A DNA stretch of 64,000 nt from Eukaryota sp. GEM-RC1 (Eukaryota): NCBI GenBank assembly GCA_040285855.1, contig JAUFOQ010000003.1:1798001-1862000 (forward strand), read 5' to 3'. The position numbers were made by a program, and so were the translations under genes. Every line of letters begins with the position of its first letter. Position 1 is the first letter of the stretch. The notes under the pieces were generated by a model, which was given only the letters and a program-made list of their open reading frames with translations, was not told where the DNA came from and ran no database searches. Positions 57,669-64,000 of this stretch are shown here, piece after piece.

Positions 57669-58544
57669 TCGATTGAAAAATTTGAAATTCTAATTTTGGT
57701 TTACACTGAAACCGAAACCAATTCTAAATATCGATATGCTTATTTAGATAGCACTAATATTCATCACCTTATTGAACTCCTTCAAAGTGAAATTAGTGTA
57801 CACCACATTATTAATGTGTGTTCATCCACAAACAATTTGTTTCGATGTGTGTTTATTCTATATACTAGTAACGTGAAACTTTATATAGTGTAGGTCCTTA
57901 TAGTTTTTCTATGAACAGTTTTGACTAACATTAATTAACGAGGGTCAAACTATTACTTTGAAGTAAGTGTATACGAGTTTTGTCAGACTAATCTTAATTA
58001 CACCAAATGTTGTAGAACTAGGTAAGTGACCGTCAAAAGAGTTCGTCGGATAGGATTTGATCCGTGCTCTTTTACTTTTAGATTTATAATGAAATTTCTT
58101 TGATAGAATTAACAGTAATCCCAAGAAGTGTCAATCAAAGAGTTCGTTTTCGCTCCTTCACATCGTTAATAGTGTACTGTTACAAGATTCTGTTAATAGG
58201 TACTTTTAAAATCATCGACAAATCCAAATAGAGTTTCAAAATTTGTAAGATGATCAACATCAATGCATTAACTTTGTTTGGTTTTAACCACTTGTACTGA
58301 TAGACCATTAACAGTGCGTCTCGATTTCTTTGTTGTTGCAGAATGTTGCAGATACGACGTCATAGGTCTTCTCTAATAGGAGTAGTTTTCAGGAAATAAT
58401 GGAATGGTATTAACCTATTGTTACTGTTCTCTATTATGTGGTATTACAGATGTATGATATGATAATTAAACCAATAGTTGAAATGTATTATTTGAAAAAT
58501 GATTATGAAAATGAAGAAGCTTTGTGATCCAATTAACTATTTAA

Positions 58545-60728
58545 TTAGGCAATATACTCATATATGGGATTCTTTTGATCCAAAATACCGAATTCATTCT
58601 CGTTTAATTCCTTAGTACAATACTCCCGTTGTTGAAGTGACTCCAGCGTATTTTTAAAGAATTCACGTTCAATCGCGAACTTATTAATCAAAATATCTTG
58701 AACTCGTTGCTTTAAATCTGTAAAGGAAACACGGCGATCTGTTTTCAATACTCTGACAATTGATGCTTCCAAAACATGTCTACGTGATTCCATCAGAGCT
58801 GGATTTTCTTTAGTTGAGGAATGATCAGCAGAACCTTGAATTAAAGAGATTAGCTGCGCTGATGTCCTGAATTTTGGATTCAACACAAAGAGATCTTTTG
58901 GAGTAAATTCAACTTTACCAGGAGTTTTTTTGTGTGCTTTTCTAAAGATTAAAGATTGTCCATTAGACTTAAATGGCAACATACTCAACAAAACATTGTT
59001 TAAACTAATGTCATCAACACGTAATTCTTGCTGGAGAGAACTGTATGATTGAGCAAATTTAGGATCAGGTCTTAATAACAGCAACACTTGGGCTTGAGGA
59101 AGGTAGCAACGAATAGTCACTGGGGGACCATATATGGAAGTTTGTAAGTGAACAACTGATTTAGTAGGGATCAGGGTCAATCGACGTGATTGAAACTTAT
59201 TTGTGTAAAACGTTCGAAGGTTCTCCCACGTGGATTCGAACTGTGGTAAGAGGCGGCAAGAACCAGAATCCAATCGCCAGTCTTTTGATGAACCGACAAT
59301 GACTGACAATTGTTGAACTCCTGGAGTTGGAAAGTTGAGTTGAGAATTAAGTTCAGTAGAAACATTCTTAACGTCACCAATCATTTGAGTTGCCGCGCTG
59401 AATTCATCTTCAAAAGTGGTTTTAAATTTGTTCAACACTATTTCTTCCCTTGCGAACTTCTCTTCTGTATATTCTTGGGTCAAAAGTCTATTCTGCAGCA
59501 GCCCGACATGTGTTGTATAGAAAGCGTCAGGTGAGGGGAGAAAGGGAATTAGACAAAAACTGACTCAAATAATACAACAAATTCATCGTCAGATATTTGG
59601 CTTTCAGTAGCACATAGCAAATGGTGGACATAGTGAATCAAAACTATTGCTATAGACTCGAACTGTTTAGTTTTAAACACTTCACGGAAAGTCTTTTCTG
59701 CAACCTCAGCAAAGACCAAGTTTCGAAGAAAACACTTTGGAACAACAACACTAAAGTATAACTGACAAAAGGTAATTAGAGGTTTAACAAAATCTTCGAC
59801 AACTTTCCTATTATTTAGTTGCTTATTTGGAACTTCTGATTGAGTCAGGAATGACACTAAAGCTGTCTCAACTAATGATTCGAACTGGGTGTGGAACTCT
59901 GCAAAAGGGTGGATTAAACCATAGAATTGTTCCAAAAAGATTAAATTCTGTTCATAATCAATGTTCATAATCCAGTTTTGAATAATTTGAGGATCATCAA
60001 AAAACTTGGAACATAAGGTATTAACATTGTGTTTTCAACAATTTCTTTTGTTTCCTTCAAAAATCTATTCTGTAACTTGCGTGCGGACAGATTTTGAACT
60101 TCTTCCATTGAATCATGTACTGATTTGACATACCCATGTAAAGGACGTTGAATATCTTGGGCAGCCTTTGCGGTATAGTAAGACGTAAGAAACTCTAGAA
60201 AAGGAAATTCAAAGATCTCACGGAAGAGAGATTGGTTCTTAATTGAAAGGAGGAGGTTCACAGTGGTATCCAGAGTATTGTCTTCGTCAACAAAGAGATT
60301 AAGGATGTTTGAGAGTCTATTTTTGAGAGATTCTTTGATCTTTTGGTTGAGATCGGAGTGGCCGTTATACCCAAGTAAGCCGTCGAGGAAGGAAGACTTA
60401 CAGTCGTTTGAAGTTATTCGAACAAGAGAGAAGAGACTGAATATGTGATGAGCGCTGTTGAGAAACATTTGCCATCTTTCAGCAAGAGTTGGTAGAAGCG
60501 TGGCTTCTCCTTTATGTTGCAGAAGATACTCACGAGAGGATTGTCCGAAAAGCAACATTCTATGGCCTAAGAAATCCCGTAGTCTATTCCCTCCAGTAGC
60601 AGTTAAGAGAGAATGGACTTTGTCATGAATCTCACGATAAGAAACACCAGACTTCTTGTTCTCAAGGATTCCTATTACAGCAGGATCAAAGGAGTAGTTC
60701 CAGTCATAAAAAGGGAGGAACTTCGCAT
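58545..60728 (-). CDS. Divergent cullin, copy 2 (frameshifted)
   Basis: Tandem paralog of copy 1; RHVLEASIVRVLKTDRR..LESLQQREY C-terminal winged-helix. Confidence 0.84.
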
Positions 60729-61190
60729 AGCTGGCAAATTTGAAGATTTGAAATCCTTATACTTTTGAGATGATTCTGTTTGCTAATTTCGAGTGAGACC
60801 TTCACCGTGTGTCAAACTGTAGGTCTCTTTTCTAGGTAATGGCGGAAATCATGTATTTGAAATGAAATCTACAACTTTTAGATTTGGGGAAAGAATTCCA
60901 TTTTTTAAAATGATGTTACTTTGAGTACAATCTGTCGCAAACATATATACTCAAAAGGTGGGATATCAGTTGATAGAAGACGGTAAAATATGGGGTTATA
61001 TCGCAAAATCGAGAAAATAAACGATGCACGAAGTATATTTTAGGTGAAAATATACTGTAGAAAATATACTGTAGATGAATTAAAGTATGAATATAAATGT
61101 CTCTTCAAAACTGAGAATTTCGTCAAATGATCCAATGCCAGTAAATCTGTGATTCACTAGAATAAATTCAAAAAATACTAAAAACTAAAC

Positions 61191-63003
61191 TTACTTACTC
61201 TTCTTTTTCTTCTTCTCTTCACTACTCTGCCTTCTCTTCCTAAACCTTTCCGCTATTAAATCAACACATTCAGAGTTTTGCTCCTTTGCTTTACCTTTTC
61301 TCTTAGACTTCTCCTTCATCAACTTAGTCATTCCCTCAGTCTTCTTAAACTCGGGAACTGTCGGATCCACTGAAAAGTCAGGGTTATCATAGACTGCAGA
61401 GAACCTATCATCATCAAGATTAATCGAAGAATCCTTATGTTTACTAGCAATCTTATCCTTCATCTTCTGTCTCTTGGACTTCTTACTACTCTCTTCTGTT
61501 AGTTTTACATTGCTCTTCTTGTTCTTCTTGGGGTCATCGGAGAAGGTCAGGAGAGCAATCTCGGCCTGTTTCTCAATTGAAGGAGCTTCGGTTGGTAATG
61601 AATCGCCATCATCTTCAGGACCAGATTCATCGGAAACCTGCTCGTCATCATCCGAGAAGAGATCAGTTTGATCGGATTTGGTAGTCTTGATTGTAAATGA
61701 GCTCTGCTTGTCACCAAACTTATCTGTCTTGTCTTTCATGAAATCAATTGCTTCATCATCAGAGTCAGATTCAACAATCATTTCCAAATCACCTTCTGAT
61801 TGATCCTTACCACCTTCCATATCCCCTAACAAAACCTCTCTAATAGCTTTCCTTCTCAACTGTCGTGTCCGCTCCTTACTTTCTTCAGAAATCTTGAGAG
61901 ACACGTCATCACTTCTCCACTTCTCGTGTAGGTACAATATCATACTCAATTTCAAAAGCCAAATCCTTTCCATCAAACTCCTCTTCTTCTTCTGAAGTAT
62001 CAGCAACTAAATCATCATAGTCTGCTTCTTCGACTTCAGCTTTAGAAACTTTCTTGTGGAGAATCATTCGACTTGGGATATCTTCAGAATCCCATGAAAT
62101 TTTAATATTTGTCTGTTCGAGAGGTGTTGACACCGATTCAGTTGGAATATACTTCACTGGAACATCAGCCGCTGCATCTCTGACCATTCTCCCTTCAAAG
62201 GAAACCTCACCAGGAATGAACCTGAGATCAATGGTATTACCAGTTTGACCAATGGTAGATCGATCCATCTCGGAATAGAGAACAAGAGCGGTAGGGACAT
62301 CTTCACATTCAATAACAGCAAAATAATACCTCATTTTGGAGATTTCGTATCTTCTAATAGCCTCCTGCATGGCTTCTTCATCATTGTTGACTTCCTCTCC
62401 CATGTCTTCCTTGATTTCGTCAAGGTCATCGAGCTCAGGACCATGGACTTCTTCAGCAGCCAGTCGTTCCATTCCATAGTCAGAGACGTAAATGGTAACA
62501 GAAGTGACGAGGGAAGGTTGAGAAGCAAATGAGCGGGCAAGAGAGAGGAGGTCGACAGCAGAAACGGCGTTCCAGTCTAAATGACAAACAGCAAGTCTGT
62601 TGGTTTCTTCTCCTTCTGAAAGAGTAGGGACAGTGGAGGGTTGGAGATCATCAAGGTCTTCTTGAAGAGGTTCTGTGGTTTGGTTGGAGAGAACGTCAGT
62701 GGCATCAAAGTTTTCCATGTCGGACTCTTCGTCTGAGGATTCTCCAAAACCATATTTGGTGGGATCAGCGACAGCTGCATCTTCTTCTGGATCTGACATG
62801 TCATAGTACTTTTTGAGATCATCGAACTTTTCATTCATGACAGGACGTCCATAACTGTCAACTGAGGTAACAGTTGTATAGTCTTCATCTTTCATTGCAT
62901 CAGCAAAACGCTTGTCGATTTTCACCTTGTTTTTCTTGTTCTTAACGGATTTGAATTTAGGATCAGCATGTACATGAGCGAAACGGGGGTCTGTTATAGT
63001 CAT
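61191..63003 (-). CDS. ESF1: Pre-rRNA processing protein ESF1 (with NUC153); shift near 61915
   Basis: DPRF..KIDKRF, ETNRLAVCHLDW, MRYYFAVIEC, IDLRFIP, DDRFSAVYDNPDFSVDPT..FKKTEGM. Confidence 0.92.
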
Positions 63004-63100
63004 GAAAGTTTTGAGGAGAAGTCTGAATAGACAAGTGGAGAACAAAATTCTTGAGTTCATTCACAACCTCTTGTTCACTGTAAAATAAGTTCATGACAGC

Positions 63101-64000
63101 ATGACATTCCCCATCTCAGTCACTTCTTTAATCAACAACTTCCTTGATAACCCAAGTACAGAACCTGAGTTTCTGGAGAAAATGTCTTTTATAAACAAAA
63201 AGTATTTTGATGGTCAATTGATGCCTCAGATTGATGTATCGCCATCACCCCCTGCTAATTCTTCTCCCTTTTTAGTTGAAGATATCATTGAGGATCCTGT
63301 CGATGTCACTTCTGATTCAGAATCTCCCACAGTCATATCTCCTTCTACTTCTCCTGAAGTCGTTTCTACTTCTTCCTACCAACCTCCCTACCAACCTGTC
63401 TTCAAAACTCTTTCCCTACAAGACGTTACTGGAATCAACGCCATCCTGCCCTTTACATCTTCCTACTTCCAACCCTCTGCTCTCCAATCAGTCATCCTCA
63501 ACCACCTCTCTACTGTTCGCTCTCTCACTTCCCATTCTACTGGTCTTCTGGTTTTAGCCACAGCTCTAGGGAAAACCATCATCACTATTCTCGATCTCGA
63601 ACAACAACTCCTCTCCTCTCCTTTCTCTACTCTTACTTGCTACCCAATGATAGAATGGGAGCCTTGCATGTACTTTACTAAGCAGTTTAAGTGTTTGTTT
63701 TTGGTACATTCCACTGTTATTCAGGAGTCAGCTTTCGCAAAGTTTAAACGGCATTTTAAACAGAAATACACTTGTTTAAACAATAGCCATTTTAAGTTTT
63801 TTTCTAGTGAATCTCCTGATTTTTCAGAATCTGAATCAAATTCTACTCTTTTCGTGTTTTGTCTATGGCAATCGTTTTCCAATCTTCCTGATTACTTCGT
63901 TCAATCAATCACACATTTGATTGTCGATGAAGTCCATCACATCATCGCCCCCACCTACGCCTCTTTCCTTTCTGATATTCGATCTGTTGCTAAATCTCTT
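63101..64000 (+). CDS. Superfamily-2 helicase (ResIII/DEAH-like), 3' partial
   Basis: Open frame from ATG 63101 to window end: GLLVLATALGKT (motif I), CLFLVHS (Ia), LIVDEVHHIIAPTY (II). Confidence 0.82.
   Translation, partial: MTFPISVTSLINNFLDNPSTEPEFLEKMSFINKKYFDGQLMPQIDVSPSPPANSSPFLVEDIIEDPVDVTSDSESPTVISPSTSPEVVSTSSYQPPYQPVFKTLSLQDVTGINAILPFTSSYFQPSALQSVILNHLSTVRSLTSHSTGLLVLATALGKTIITILDLEQQLLSSPFSTLTCYPMIEWEPCMYFTKQFKCLFLVHSTVIQESAFAKFKRHFKQKYTCLNNSHFKFFSSESPDFSESESNSTLFVFCLWQSFSNLPDYFVQSITHLIVDEVHHIIAPTYASFLSDIRSVAKSL

Noticed and set aside
686..63003. Widespread programmed frameshifting or mass pseudogenisation of host genes
   Set aside because: Most shifts (eIF2A C6, adaptin G6 and T5, YccF T4, EEP T4, cullin T5) fall in homopolymers of otherwise conserved genes; long-read indel error is the simpler explanation. 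Short-read polishing would settle it.

Overview
Gene-dense, apparently intron-free chromosome segment of a microbial eukaryote using the standard genetic code; the species cannot be determined from the sequence. Housekeeping genes: UBC9, eIF2A, AP-1/2 beta-adaptin, a diaphanous-type formin, RRP6, ESF1, two divergent cullins and tRNA-Phe. Several genes look bacterial-type (two hemerythrins, YccF, DUF21-CBS, ResIII-like SF2 helicase). Between them lie many hAT (8-bp TSD) and Tc1/mariner-pogo (TA TSD) non-autonomous elements and decayed RLE-type non-LTR retrotransposon pieces. Many ORFs are split by 1-nt shifts, mostly at homopolymers, probably long-read errors. The standout is a ~6.2 kb element at ~40.3-46.5 kb. 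It appears to encode one interrupted polyprotein: hydrophobic leader, 2A ribosome-skip peptide, two Ulp1/SENP8-type C48 proteases, a family-B-polymerase-type DEDDy 3'-5' exonuclease and a Fanzor1-like RNA-guided RuvC nuclease. A GC-rich hairpin follows it (candidate omegaRNA/right end), and no transposase is recognisable. Also notable are a 206-bp tRNA-derived unit bounded by perfect palindromic junctions beside a 335-bp foldback, and an RRP6 that has lost all its catalytic residues.
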